A DNA stretch of 64,000 nt from Chrysomallon squamiferum (taxonomy: Eukaryota > Animalia > Mollusca). Position numbers and translations under genes: made by a program. The stretch spans positions 5,208,001 to 5,272,000 of the forward strand of contig CM022668.1 of the NCBI GenBank assembly GCA_012295275.1, written 5' to 3'. The notes below the pieces were generated by a model. That model was not told where the DNA came from. It did not search any database and worked only from the letters and a program-made list of their open reading frames with translations. Positions 13,877-28,599 of this stretch are shown one piece after another. Every line of letters starts with the position of its first letter. Positions within the stretch are counted from its first letter, which is position 1.

Positions 13877-16800
13877 CTAATGATGGTGTTCTTGTTACTG
13901 TATCCGTGACTTGTGTGCTACTTTCAGTCGTTGTTGTATCCGTGAATTGTGTGCTACTTTCAGTTGTTGTTTTATCTATGTTTGCTGTACTACTTTCAGT
14001 AGTTGTTTTATCTATGTTTGCTGTACTACTTTCAGTTGTTGTTTTATCTATGTTTGCTGTACTACTTTCAGTTGTTGTTTTATCTATGTTTGCTGTACTA
14101 CTTTCAGTTGTTGTTTTATCTATGTTTGCTGTACTACTTTCAGTCGTTGTTGTATCTGTGACTTGTGTACTGCTTTCTGTCGTTGTTGTATCCGTGACTT
14201 GTGTACTGCTTTCTGTCGTTGTTGTATCCGTGTTTGCTGTACTGCTTTCAGTCGTTGTTGTATCCGTGTTTGCTGTACTGCTTTCAGTCGTTGTTGTATC
14301 CGTGACTTGTGTACTACTTTCAGTCGTTGTTGTATCCGTGACTTGTGTACTACTTTCAGTCGAGTTGTTGTATCCGTGACTTGTGTGCTACTTTCAGTCG
14401 TTGTTGTATCCGTGACTTGTGTATTACTTTCAGTCGTTGTTGTATCCGTGACTTGTGTAATACTTTCAGTCGTTGTTGTATCTGTGGTTCCTGTACTACT
14501 TTCAGTCGTTCTTGTATCCATGTTTGCTGTGCTACTTTCAGTCGATGCAGTATCCATGTTTGCTGTGCTACTTTCAGTCGATGTTGTATCCGTGACTTGT
14601 GTGCTACTTTCAGTCGATGTTGTATCCGTGACTTGTGTAATACTTTCAGTCGATGTTGTATCCGTGACTTGTGTAATACCTTTCAGTCGTTGTTGTATCC
14701 GTGACTTGTGTAATACTTTCAGTCGTTGTTGTATCCGTGACTTGTGTACTACTTTCAGTCGTTGTTGTATCCGTGTCTTGTGTAATACTTTCAGTCGTTG
14801 TTGTATCCATCTTTGCTGTACTACTTTCAGTCGTTTTTGTATCCGTGTCTTGTGTACTACTTTCAGTCGTTGTTGTATCTGTGTTTGCTGTACTACTTTC
14901 AGTCGTTATATCTGTGTTTGTTGTACTACTTTCAGTCGTTTTTGTATCCGTGACTTGTGTGCTACTTTCTGTCGTTGTTGTATCCATGTTTGTTGTACTA
15001 CTTTCAGTCGTTTTTGTATCCGTGACTTGTGTGCTACTTTCAGTCGTTGTTGTATCCGTGACTTGTGTAATACTTTCAGTCGTTGTTGTATCCGTGACTT
15101 GTGTAGTGCTTTCTGTCGATGTTGTATCCGTGACTTGTGTGCTACTTTCAGTCGTTGTTGTATCCGTGACTTGTGTGCTACTTTCAGTCGTTGTTGTATC
15201 CATGTTTGCTGTACTACTTTCAGTCGTTGTTGTATCCGTGTTTGCTGTACTGCTTTCAGTCGTTGTTGTATCCATGTTTGTTGTACTACTTTCACTCGTT
15301 GCTGTATCCGTGTTTGCTGTACTACTTTCAGTCGTTGTTGTATCTGTGTTTGCTGTACTACTTTCAGTCGATGTTGTATCCGTGACTTGTGTATTACTTT
15401 CAGTCGTTGTTGTATCCATCTTTGCTGTAATACCTTTCAGTCGTTGTTGTATCTGTGTTTGCTGTACTACTTTCAGTCGATGTTGTATCCGTGACTTGTG
15501 TATTACTTTCAGTCGTTGTTGTATCCATCTTTTGTGTACTACTTTCAGTCGTTGTTGTATCCTGTGTTTGCTGTACTACTTTCAGTCGATGTTGTATCCG
15601 TGACTTGTGTATTACTTTCAGTCGTTGTTGTATCCATCTTTGCTGTACTACTTTCAGTCGTTGTTGTATCTGTGTTTGCTGTACTACTTTCAGTCGATGT
15701 TGTATCCGTGACTTGTGTATTACTTTCAGTCGTTGTTGTATCCATCTTTGACTTGTACTACTTTCAGTCGTTGTTGTATCCGTGTTTGCTGTAATACTTT
15801 CAGTCGATGTTGTATCCGTGACTTGTGTATTACTTTCAGTCGTTGTTGTATCCATCTTTGCTGTACTACTTTCAGTCGTTGTTGTATCCTGTGTTTGTGT
15901 ACTACTTTCAGTCGATGTTGTATCCGTGACTTGTGTATTACTTTCAGTCGTTGTTGTATCCATCTTTGCTGTACTACTTTCAGTCGTTGTTGTATCTGTG
16001 TTTGCTGTACTACTTTCAGTCGTTGTTGTATCTGTGTTTGCTGTACTACTTTCAGTCGATGTTGTATCCGTGACTTGTGTATTACTTTCAGTCGTTGTTG
16101 TATCCATCTTTGCTGTACTACTTTCAGTCGTTGTTGTATCCTGTGTTTGCTGTACTACTTTCAGTCGATGTTGTATCCGTGACTTGTGTATTACTTTCAG
16201 TCGTTGTTGTATCCATCTTTCTGTACTACTTTCAGTCGTTGTTGTATCTGTGTTTGCTGTACTACTTTCAGTCGATGTTGTATCCGTGACTTGTGTATTA
16301 CTTTCAGTCGTTGTTGTATCCATCTTTGCTGTACTACTTTCAGTCGTTGTTGTATCTGTGTTTGCTGTACTACTTTCAGTCGATGTTGTATCCGTGACTT
16401 GTGTATTACTTTCAGTCGTTGTTGTATCCATCTTTGCTGTACTACTTTCAGTCGTTGTTGTATCTGTGTTTGCTGTACTACTTTCAGTCGATGTTGTATC
16501 CGTGACTTGTGTATTACTTTCAGTCGTTGTTGTATCCATCTTTGCTGTACTACCTTCAGTCGTTGTTGTATCTGTGTTTGCTGTACTACTTTCAGTCGAT
16601 GTTGTATCCGTGACTTGTGTATTACTTTCAGTCGTTGTTGTATCCATCTTTGCTGTACTACTTTCAGTCGTTGTTGTATCTGTGTTTGCTGTACTACTTT
16701 CAGTCGATGTTGTATCCGTGACTTGTGTATTACTTTCAGTCGTTGTTGTATCCGTGTTTGCTGTACTACTTTCAGTCGATGTTGTATCCGTGACTTGTGT

Positions 16801-16976
16801 ATTACTTTCAGTCGTTGTTGTATCCGTGTTTGCTGTACTACTTTGAGTCGATGTTGTATCCGTGACTTGTGTACTGCTTTCAGTCGTTGTTGTATCCGTC
16901 GTGTTTTCAGTAGTATTTCCAGTTGTTGTTGTCAACCGAAGAAATAAGGTTATCGTGTATATAACATGTCTGCCAC
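13877..16976 (-). CDS. Mucin gene: giant Thr/Ser-rich repeat exon
   Basis: GRHVIYTITLFLRLTTTTGNTTENTTDTTTTESSTQVT... ending VTDTVTRTPSL|G with a GTATTT donor at 13876. The frame is interrupted by sporadic 1-2 nt indels. Confidence 0.85.
13905..16900 (-). repeat. Coding minisatellite, 36 bp / 12 aa (DTTTTESSTQVT, DTTTTESSTANT, DTTTTESSTAKM variants), about 83 copies
   Basis: ctttcagtcg recurs every 36 nt (e.g. 13921, 13957). A 108-bp three-unit higher-order pattern occurs in about 15400-16700. Confidence 0.97.
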
Positions 16977-17049
16977 CTTCCAATTGAAAAAGAATCAAAA
17001 TTTATTTAGTCGAAGAAACAACAAGACAGACAGGGAGACAGAAATTGAT

Positions 17050-17095
<46 letters not shown>

Positions 17096-17129
17096 ACGCA
17101 TACAAACACACACACATAGAGATAGAATT

Positions 17130-17203
<74 letters not shown>

Positions 17204-17562
17204 AAAAGTTCATTGTATGTGATGTATAAAGTATTAATAAACTTAAGACAAAATTAAATAAATAAATAAATAAATAAATAAAATAAATAAATAAATAAAC
17301 AAAATAATTTAATTAAAATGAATAATATAAATATAATATAATAAATATAATATAAATAAGTTAACATAAAATATTTAATCGTAAAATAATATAATATAAT
17401 ATAATATAATATAATATAATATAAATAATATAAATAGTGTGGAATTCTTCTTTTTATAATTAAATGTAGATAGCATAAGATCAGTTTTATGATGTGGAGA
17501 ATATTATTAATGTACAGAACATTAGAAATAATATTACTGTATGGATCATACATAGTGTTATT

Positions 17563-17600
<38 letters not shown>

Positions 17601-18179
17601 GTATATATATATATATATATATATAGTTAAAGAAAGGAGATAGTAAAAACTCACATATAAACGGAACCATTTTGAATTCGGCCAGTAATTCTGCAATGGA
17701 TGAATGAATGAAAGAGAATAATTAGTTTTAAATAATAAAATAAAGTAAAATAAAAAAATAAAAAAATAAAAAAATAAAGTAAAATAAAATAAAATAAAAT
17801 AAGTAAGTAAGTAAGTAAAAAAAAAATATTTAAATAATAAAAAATATATATATATAAAATAGAGTTGATATAAATATATGAAAAACCTGTTTTTCTTACC
17901 TTGATAAAAAAGACTGTTAGGTGCAGGTAGAAGAAATGTTACTGAACTCTGGACAATATCACTGTGTTGGTCTGGTGTCTCGTGATATTTAAGCTGATCA
18001 GAGGGAATTAAAAAATTATGGTAATAAATTTGTATCCGTGTCTGAACAGGGTTATTTATGAACGGAAACAAAAAAAAATGTATAAGGAAAGAGTCCCGCA
18101 TTTATTTATGACATTAAATTTATGGAGTTCTTTACGTTCAATTGTATGATCTTTCTATTTTATTATTTTAAATTTTCAT

Positions 18180-18238
<59 letters not shown>

Positions 18239-18304
18239 TCTATTATTATTATTATTATTATTACAATTTTTATTATTGTTATTACAATTATTATTATTAT
18301 TACA

Positions 18305-18358
<54 letters not shown>

Positions 18359-18757
18359 TGTAGAGGAAGAGTTTATATTTAAAAGGAGTTGTACATTATT
18401 TTATTATATGTTTTTATTGAAAGTAATAATACTGATGATGATGATCATAATAATTTTATTATTATCTATCTGTCTGTCTGTCTCTCTGTCTATCTGTGTG
18501 TCTGTCTATCTGTGTGTCTATGTTCAGGATGGATCTACTGATTCATGTATTTTTTATATTATCTGACATGAAGTTGTATGTAAATCTGTATATACAAATA
18601 TGTACAAAATGATTTTTGTTTCCTATATTCATCATCAAAAATGTGCGTATGTGCGTGCCTGTGTATGATTTTATGTGTGTTTATCGTTTTCGTTTTCTTT
18701 CTTTTTTATTTATTTAATTTATTATTATTATTATTATTATTATCATCATCATCATCA

Positions 18758-18807
<50 letters not shown>

Positions 18808-18923
18808 TTATTTTATTCTTTAAAAAAAAAAAAAAAAATGTGTTTGTTTTCGTTTCAACGTTTTATTAAAGGGAAATAATCATAAAACTCTTATCTGAAT
18901 TTGAATACGTAAGGGTTATCTAC

Positions 18924-18936
18924 CTTCATAAAGCAT
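18924..18936 (-). CDS. Mucin gene: probable start-codon exon (MLYE+G)
   Basis: Exon 18924-18957 is flanked by ttttctctttcAG and GTAGAT. A phase-1 join to 16976 gives the signal-peptide-like MLYEGGRHVIYTITLFLRLTTTTG. Confidence 0.5.
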
Positions 18937-20028
18937 CACTATCCCCGAAAAATCAGTCTGAAAGAGAAAATGTTTAATGTACGTATGACAACACGATCTT
19001 ATTTAATATGATTAAGATATTATTTTTTTTTTTTTCAGTAGGGTAAAAAAAAAAAAAAATTGATTAAGATCACTAGTATTCATTTACAGAGGATGTCACA
19101 TTATTGCTAATATTCGTCGTTTTAGAGTTATTACTTTTCTTGTTGTTCAACGATACGACCAGGCACTTTTAGTATTATCGGTTATTAGGTCAATATTAAA
19201 GTCTAGGAGGGAAACCGCAGTAAAGATTTGTTAATAACAGAGAGACAGAGAGAGAGAACATGAGGCAGTGTTTGATACACCATTGTCTGCAGCGAGGCTG
19301 GAACGGGATATTTATTGTTCAGCTCGGCCTTTTTACAAAGATAATTGACATAAATTTAAATGTAACTCGAACTGTCGAGATTTAAAATTTTCAAATTAGA
19401 TTGTTATTAAAATAATTGCTATTGAAGTAATCGAGAGAGCGAACTGTAGAGTCTTTTGGTATATTTCCCGTTCCAGTTAGAACTCCTTGCGTGTTAATCA
19501 AAGTTTGTAGTATTTTTGTCTGATTATGGGATTCTGTGCAATCATACAAGGTAAAATACTAGAAAAATGTATATCTGAAAACATTCGAACAAAAGATATA
19601 TTACGTTTTTATACTTACATATAATAATTTTATTTGCTATTAGCTAATAATAAAGTGTAGCATCACAAAGGCTTTCTTGTTTAAAGTGGGCTTACTGTAG
19701 CTCACTGGATGTGCTCTGGTGAAAGGCGAGAAAGACTGTACAATCAGTTCTCCCCAATGCTTCTAGTGGATAATTTCCCAATCTAGCTACTTCCCCGCTC
19801 TTATCTTATCAAAGGCTAATGATTTTTTTTAATTTGGTTTTTTTTTTTTCTTTTATCTTCATATCTATGGGATCTTTTGTTCCTAATCGATAAAATAAAA
19901 TAACCAGGCAGATTATTATTATTTTCATTTCTTTTTTTGTCTCACTATCTGCATTATTCCTGCATATGGCGTCATATAACAATCGTAATTAAAAACGTGT
20001 TCTACGCACCTTAATCTTATTATTATTA

Positions 20029-20074
<46 letters not shown>

Positions 20075-20925
20075 TTTATTGTTGTTGTTCTTGTTGCTAT
20101 TATCATTTAGTTTATTTATTTATTACTCATTTATTATTATAATTATTATTATTATTATTGTTGTTGTTGTTGTTGTTATCATTCATTGCGATTACCATAT
20201 ATTAATTAATTTATTATTACTCCTACTTTGCTGTTACTAGCACACACTAACTGCAACGTAGCTGGTGATGTAGATTATGGAGACATACGGTATAAAAATC
20301 TCGTAACGTTGTTAGAATAATTTAAAATTTTTGCCGATGTCTATTTTTGCTACGTGTCTAAATAATCACGTTTACTATGGTTTGTTTCATGGATAACAGC
20401 TGCTTGAAACCTGACTCATAAAATTACATTCCTTTGGCTTAAACTACAGCTTTTAACATTTACATAGATAAAAATCTGATTTATTTTCATTATTCACGAG
20501 AGACGTCATTCTTCGAAGAACTCGTATGCATTCGGGAATTTTCGGAAAAGCTCGTGTATTTACGAAGTCGATCGTTCTTGTGAGAACAATTACGTTACAG
20601 TTGCGATTATAATTCTTTAAAATTGAAACATTTGTTTAGTTATTATTTTTGTGTTAATGTTTATAATATTAAATATCATTTATGTCCTTCCACAACTATT
20701 CAATTTATTTACTACTCCTGCTACTACTACTTCTGCTACTACTACTGCTACTACTACTACCGCTCTACTAATAACGCTGCTACTACTGTTACTACCACAA
20801 CTATTCTGGTGCTACAACAACAACTACAACAACAGCGAGAACTGTTACTACTACTACCGTTGCTACTACTATTACTACCACTACTACCATTGCTATTGTT
20901 ATTATTACCATTATTATTATTATTG

Positions 20926-20983
<58 letters not shown>

Positions 20984-21439
20984 GACTCCTGCTATTATTC
21001 TTATAATTATATTAATTATTATTATTACTATTTCTATTATTATTAGTAGTAGTGGTATTGTTATTTTTAATAACATTATTATTGTTATTATTGTTATTAT
21101 TATTACTATTATTATTATTATTATTATCATCATCATCATCATCATCATTATCATTACAGGTCTAGACAGGTTCTCTAATACGTTGTGGATTGTATAATTG
21201 TATTATTATGAAAATAACCTTTCATTTTGCCCATGTATACACGTTTGTTCAGCACAATGACACGAAGCACAGTGACATGCTGTTTTCTGTTTCATGAATA
21301 GTCCGTGCTGAAACAGGTTTATAATAACAGCTCTCAGCATTTACATAGATAAAAATCAAATTTATTTTCATTTATCCAGGACAGACGTTACAGTTCGGAG
21401 CACTCTTAAGCATAATTACAAGTTTTCGAAAAAGTTCGC

Positions 21440-21482
<43 letters not shown>

Positions 21483-22965
21483 TGAAAACGTGTATCTGCT
21501 GTGTGTGAAAACGTGTGTGTGTGATTGTTTGAGCGTATCTGAGGGTGAATGTTGGTGTATGTACATATATAAGTAAGCATGTGAATATCTGAATAGATAT
21601 CATTTTAAATAATATACTTTAACATTGTGTGTGTGTGTTGTTTGTGTATGTGTGTGAGTATGAGTGTGAGTATGTGTGTGTGTATGTGTGTATTTATAAG
21701 AGTGAGAATGAAGGTATATGTATATAAGTTAGAGTGTATGTGTGTGTTGTGTGTGCGTGTGTGCGTGAGTGAGAGTGCATATGTGTGTTGTCTGTGTGTC
21801 AGTGTATGTATATGTGAGTGTGTCTCTGTGTGTGTGTTTGTGTGTATGCTAGAATATGTTGCTGTGTATGTGAAGTTTCTCCTATTCTAGGAGAAGCCCT
21901 AGAAGTGATTTTTAGCGCAGACTCCTTCAAAATGTTAATCAAAATCTGAGACGTGTCAACGTTTCAACCATAGAACAAGAAAACACTTGCTTCCCTGATC
22001 TCGTTGCTGCTGGTGAAAGCCCCTTAACTGTTCTAGATTCAGGTTCCCAGAAACATAGGTTCGCTTCTGTGTGTACATATGTGTATATGTATGTATTAGT
22101 AAGTAAGTGAATATGTAAATAAATAAAATCTTAAATAATATACTCCAATATTATGTGTGTGTCTGCATATGTATATAAGTAATTATGTGAATATTTATAT
22201 ACAAAAACACATAAACAAGCACACACACAAAACACACACACACATACACACACATACATACACACACACAAACACACACATACCCACAAACATACCCCCC
22301 ACCTATATATATATATATATAAAACAAATAGTAAATAAAGCAAATATATCTAATGAGCGAACGTAATCAATTCATAATCATTATAAACTTTAATATTTAC
22401 TCAATGAATGTATTAACATACATTTAAAATTTTTACTTCCCCACATTAACCGAGTTTTCTTTTTTTTTTTTTTTTTTTTTTACTTTTTTTACTTCTTTTT
22501 TCTTTCCCATGAGTTTTTTCCATGCACTATTAATAATACACGCGCTTACGACGAAGTGTGACACACTAGCTTCTCGATAACCCGGGACAACTGGGTTCAG
22601 AAAAATGTGTGTCAGTGTGTCTGTGGAACAGTAGGTCAGGGCTGTGCTGAAAATAGCTTGTCCATAATTCATCCATTTGTGTCCGCTTTCCGGTGTAATG
22701 CTGTATTATGATCCTCGTAATATATTGACACGCAGGTCACCGTAGAGAGTAGTAAATGGTTAAACTTAAAAGTGTTTGAGTACGTTTCAATAGTTATTAT
22801 AATGAGTTATTTAATAGGTGTGGTTATGACGTAAATCAATAGTTTTGTGTGTGTGTGTGTGTGTGTGAGTGTTTTTGTGTGTATATATGTAAGTGTGTAT
22901 GTATGTGAATGTATGTTTGTAGAAATGTATTTAAATGTGTATATACGTATGTATGTACCTAGGTA

Positions 22966-23006
<41 letters not shown>

Positions 23007-23843
23007 TTGTGTGTATCTACTGAATTGATATTCTGTTGTCTTATGTATGCAAATTTATAAACAAGTGCATATGTATGTGTATTTTTTTTACTATTATTTA
23101 TTTATTTATTATATAAATTCTTGTTCCACCCTGCTCTCTGTTACAATTTCCACTCACTCTCCGCTCACCTCACAAAGAGACAAAATATGACGGAGGGAAC
23201 AAAATGACTCTTCACCGGTAGCTGCATTTTAAGCTCAGGTGAAACACCAGATTGTATTTGTCTGCTGTGGAGCACAAAGTGTTTTACGTTACACAGAACA
23301 CGTCAGACAAGATTCTTTCACGGTTCATTGACCCTGCATAACGTACGTTATGGTTGGATGTATATTTCATCATTTTTGCGCCACGTATATGCACGGCACC
23401 TGCCTTCTGAAGAACAATAAAATTTTAAAAAGGCTCGTGAAAATTTAATCTTAACGATAAGTGAAAGTAAGAAATAATATCTGAGGCTTGTTTCTGTAAT
23501 TGTGTCGTCCATTACGTTCGTACCTGAGCCCTTTGTTCTCCGAGTAATCAATACTGTGTGAAAGATGTTATATTATGATGTTCCCATTCAAATAAACAGA
23601 CACGAGACAAAAGTCACGTCAAACTGAATTTGTTTCTCCTTGGGGACATTCTTTGAGGTACGCGTTGCTTTGAGGTGAAATATTGCAATTTGGTAAGAAG
23701 GTGGTGAGGGTGAGGGTGAGGGTGGGGGTGTACACGACCTAAAACACGCTCCAGTGTGTTTTGTTGAAGCCTTGTTTTGATTCTACATTCCAGTCAAGTG
23801 TCAGATTTGTGTAAATAAACGGAATTTTTGTTAATTGTAAAAC

Positions 23844-23878
<35 letters not shown>

Positions 23879-24142
23879 AGAAGAAGAAAACTGTTGTTAA
23901 AATTGACGATAGCATGTAAACATGAAGGGGTGGAAATAATGATTTAATGTTTGTTTAATTGGCTTGTATAACTGAGTAGATGATCCTTTCGTATACACGT
24001 GTTGATTCCAACTGTGAGATAGACAGAGAAAGAAAGAAAGAAAGAGAGAGAGGAAAGAGGGGGAGACTAGGAGGGTGAGAAGCAGATAAGAAAAACAGAG
24101 AGAGAGAGAGAGAGAGGGGAGACTAGGAGGGTGAGAAGCAGA

Positions 24143-24236
<94 letters not shown>

Positions 24237-25419
24237 TTTCATGTCAGTATTAAAATAGATAATTTAGTATTGTTTTAAAAAAAAAAAAAAAAAAAAAAAT
24301 GTGGTTTTAGTCTCCGGGTGGTACACACTCGTGATCACCTCATGTTCCTTCTTTCTGTTTTCTCATACACAGAACATGCACCTAGGTTCATCCATTACAC
24401 TTTAAATGCATGATGATTCATAAGCGAAAAAAAAAAAAGAATGAAAAAGTGCAAGAAACGTCTTTTATTCATGTCAGTGTGAACGGGAAAGTCAGCACAT
24501 TATTATGTACGCGACAAAACACCTAAATTCACTCGCACCCAGAAATAGCCACCCCATAAAATATTTGTAAAGAAGATTACTTTTTAATGTCATAATGCAA
24601 TCTAAAAGTTTACGCATCGGCGGCTACGAAAGCGCGGTTAGTAAAAGATCCTTTCAGACATGCGCAGTGCACTGGGCACCCCACCGTAACAGACGTGATG
24701 CAATCAACGGAACAATGAAAAGTACCCCAGCAGGTTCACCGAACATCTGGGTCTGTAGGTCTGTGGGTCTGTGGGTCTGTGGGTTTCTGGGTTTTGAAAC
24801 ACGTGATGCATAAATATGCTTTTATAAATAGTAATCGTGTCACAGTAGATATTTTAAATTCTTTTTTTTTTTTTTTTTTTTTGCTTGTTGGAGGAAGTAT
24901 TACTGAGGTATAATTAATTCACTGAAATTTGATACTAGATTTGTTCTGATACATTTACGATACGATCTGGTTTTTATTTGTTAATAAATTAATAATAAAA
25001 CGTAATACAGAATATATATCCGTCCATCCATCCAACTATCTATACATCTATATTTCTGTCTATCTGTCTGTCTGTTTGTCTGTATGTATTCTGCAAAATT
25101 TAAATTTTTTAAGAACAAAAAAAAAAAAAAAAAGGAAATAGTAATATATATTCATTAAGAGACGGCAATTCATTGTGTGAAAATAGAACTCAATTTGTAT
25201 TTCAATGTATCAATTCCATTCTGGTTTTTTTCAACTGAAATTTGTTTCATAAATTACTGACAACTGTGAATCGAATGCAGCCTTTCCAGTGCTGATAGTA
25301 CTATAAATAATTGGTAGTGCGTGAAAAAAGCTCAGAAGAAATATATATTTTTTTTTGATTTTTTTTTTTTTTTTAAGTGTAGGTTACCGAGTCAGTAGGA
25401 CATAAGTATATTCAACCTT

Positions 25420-25510
<91 letters not shown>

Positions 25511-25913
25511 CAGAGAGAAAGACAGAGAGACAGAGAGATAAGGAAAGAGAGAGAGACAGAAACAGACAGATAGAAACATAAAGAGAGAAAGACAGAAACA
25601 GAGAGAAGGATAAAAAGAAAAAGAAGAAGAAGAAGAAAGAGATGGAGAAGGAGAGATAGTGAGAAGTTGAATAAAAGAGGAAAAGAAGAAAGAAAGAAAG
25701 AAAAGAAAAAGAGAATTAGAAGAAGAGATGGAGAAAGATGCTGAAATAAACAGAACGAGAAATGATTTAAGATCGAACAAATGACATTGAAACAGTAATA
25801 CATCATAAAATCTTTCACTCTCTCTCGCACGCACGCACATATTCGCATACTCACTCACACACGCACACGCACGCACCGACGTTCGCATACTTACACACAC
25901 CTTCGCATACTCA

Positions 25914-25962
<49 letters not shown>

Positions 25963-25964
25963 GC

Positions 25965-26013
<49 letters not shown>

Positions 26014-28434
26014 GAACACATTCGAAATACAATAGTATAAAAATACTGTTTCAAAAATACACATTCAATTCAAACACATCCAAAAACGGCTGAATGATAT
26101 ATGTATGTAACTATGCTTCGGGTTCAAAAACAGAAACAGAAATCTATTGCTTTTTGTTTTATGCAGCAAAAAATATGCTCAAACAAGCAAAATTTAACTC
26201 CGTGATTTTATATTTAAATATGTGTCACAAAACATTCTGTCGACCTTGGCTCATACTTGGAAGAAAGTAATCTTCGACTGACAAAGTACAGTTCTGGAGC
26301 ACAAAAGAGATTTATAAACTGGGTTAATTAAAGAAGGTCCGTTATGGAAAGTTCGAGAAGAAAAGAATCGTCTTCTATTCACTTCTGCTAATCCCCGGCC
26401 TTCGTTAATTTGCAGACGACAGAAAAAAGGTACAAAAAAAAAAAAATAACAGTAATAATAATAAAAAAAAATGAACTGAGAATAAAAGAAATGAAAGAAG
26501 TAAGAAAGAAATAAAGAGAAAGAAAAAGAAAAGACTCAGCTGCGAGAAAAAATATCTTATTTATTGTGACATTTCTTTGACGAGGAGACGGAAGAGAAAA
26601 TTCTCGAAACGACCTTCACCTATAGCAGACAGTCTCGTGTCTGCGAGAAGGACGTCACGTTCCGCCAAGCAGCTCGCGCAGTCTGGTAATTAACGTCACA
26701 GGGCGGCGAACAGTGCTGGTTAAAAACTTATCACTCGGAATTTCAAATTGTTGTCGTGATAATGACTACTTTGCTTATGTCGGGTCAAGACGAACGCTAT
26801 AGGGAATCCACTGCTTCCGGAAGAGACATCTTTATAAATTTTTTGCCCTCCTTTCTTTTTTTCTCTTCTGCTTTTTTTTTTTTTTTTTTTTTTCCTTCCA
26901 AGAAATCTCGTAACTAATTCAATCTGGAAGCTTCTAGACAAACTGAAAAGCAGAAACCATCACTAGCGACAGGACAAAATCGATCGATAATGAGTGCTGG
27001 TGAACTCTTAGCTGATGTGAAAGAAACTGACAGCTTGTAATCTTCGTAGAAATACGTCTCAAAAATTGATACTGCATATTTTGCTCTATTTATTTTTTTC
27101 TGTACTCAGGATAGAAAAGAAATACTAAAAAAAATAAATAATAATAATAATAAAATAATAATAATAATGATAAAATAAAATAAGGATAAGGAACGAAAGA
27201 AAAAAAAATAGGAGAGAGATAAATGAAAAAGAGAATAAATAATTGAAAAAGAAAAAAAAAATGTATATCGATTTTTATTTTTCGTTTCGTGTCGTTTTTC
27301 GTATTTTTTAATTTTTTTTTAATTTGTATTATTTTTTTATTTCAGTGCGGTAGTATGGGTCACGTTGCCACAATACTGCAACACATAAGATGGATTGAGG
27401 TCATTTAAGTGCAGATTCGATCCCAGACGAGTTCGAGCCTGATACCCTAGTAACTGAAATGTAATTTGCTTTGTCAGAACGTTAAGCCTGTTATCGATAA
27501 TGTCCTAATTTCGATAGAATCTTAAGATGCGTTGTAGACATTTGATAAAGTGGTTCCTTCTCATATACAAACATGCACCTGATTATATATTAAAATGTTT
27601 AACATTTTACAGATGAAAATTCTATTTTTATACTATTCAATTTTTCAAGATTTTTTACAAATTTTTTTTTTTTTTTTTTTATATATATATTTTTCGATTA
27701 AAAAATAAAAAGGAAAAGGAAGTAGAAATGTATTTTAACTAATTTTATCTTCAGATTATACACATACGCTGATCATGCAGATCCAATGTAGGTAAAGACA
27801 GGAATTAATTTAAAAGTAATTCTGGAAATAAGGTAGCATTGATAAACAAAATATTAAATATGATACAAATAAAGAGTTTAATATTTAAATTGATTTTCTT
27901 TTTTCTTAACAGTTTCTTCTGTTTCAGTAGCATTAAATCAAAATTAATTATCATATCCATCTTTTTCTCTTCTTTCTTTTATTTCACTGTCTTTTGATCT
28001 ATCTATCGATCTGTCTGTTTACTCTCTCTCCATCTGTGCTTCCATCCAGCTGTCTATCTTTCCATCCATCCGTCCATCCATCGACTTATCTAATTGTCTC
28101 TCTACCTACCTGCTTGTCTGCTTGCCTGTTTTCCGTCTCTCTGTCAGTCTAAATATTCACCTATGTCACCTTTCCCCCCCCCCAACATTCAGTTTCTTAA
28201 TATAAATTTTAATTTTAATTTTTAATTTTTATTTACTTCGCAGCACGAAAGCTTTTAAAATAATCTAAATGTAATTTTATAGTCTGTTTAAAAATTAATG
28301 CGCTTAACATCACATCTGTATTAATGCCTATCGCAGACGTTCCATTTTTTTTTTAAATCTCTGTAATAAATAAATAAATAAATAATAATAATAATGATGA
28401 TGACGATGATATAACAACAACAACAACAACAATA

Positions 28435-28498
<64 letters not shown>

Positions 28499-28599
28499 AA
28501 GAAGAGGAAGACGAAGAAGAAGAAGAAGAAGAAGAAAAAAAATAATAAAACCTAGCAAAGGCAAGCAAGGAATGTTTGATGACCCATAGACAGGACGAA

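Noticed and set aside
13906-16947. Long plus-strand ORFs (Cys-rich CCTTFSRCC and Val-rich VLLSVVVVS) suggesting a metallothionein- or keratin-like protein
   Set aside because: They are antisense shadows of the 36-bp repeat. Only the minus-strand Thr-rich frame connects by splice sites to SEA/EGF/TM exons.
24630-24805. Possible MITE ending in (GGGTCTGT)n
   Set aside because: Only weak terminal complementarity and no clear target-site duplication.
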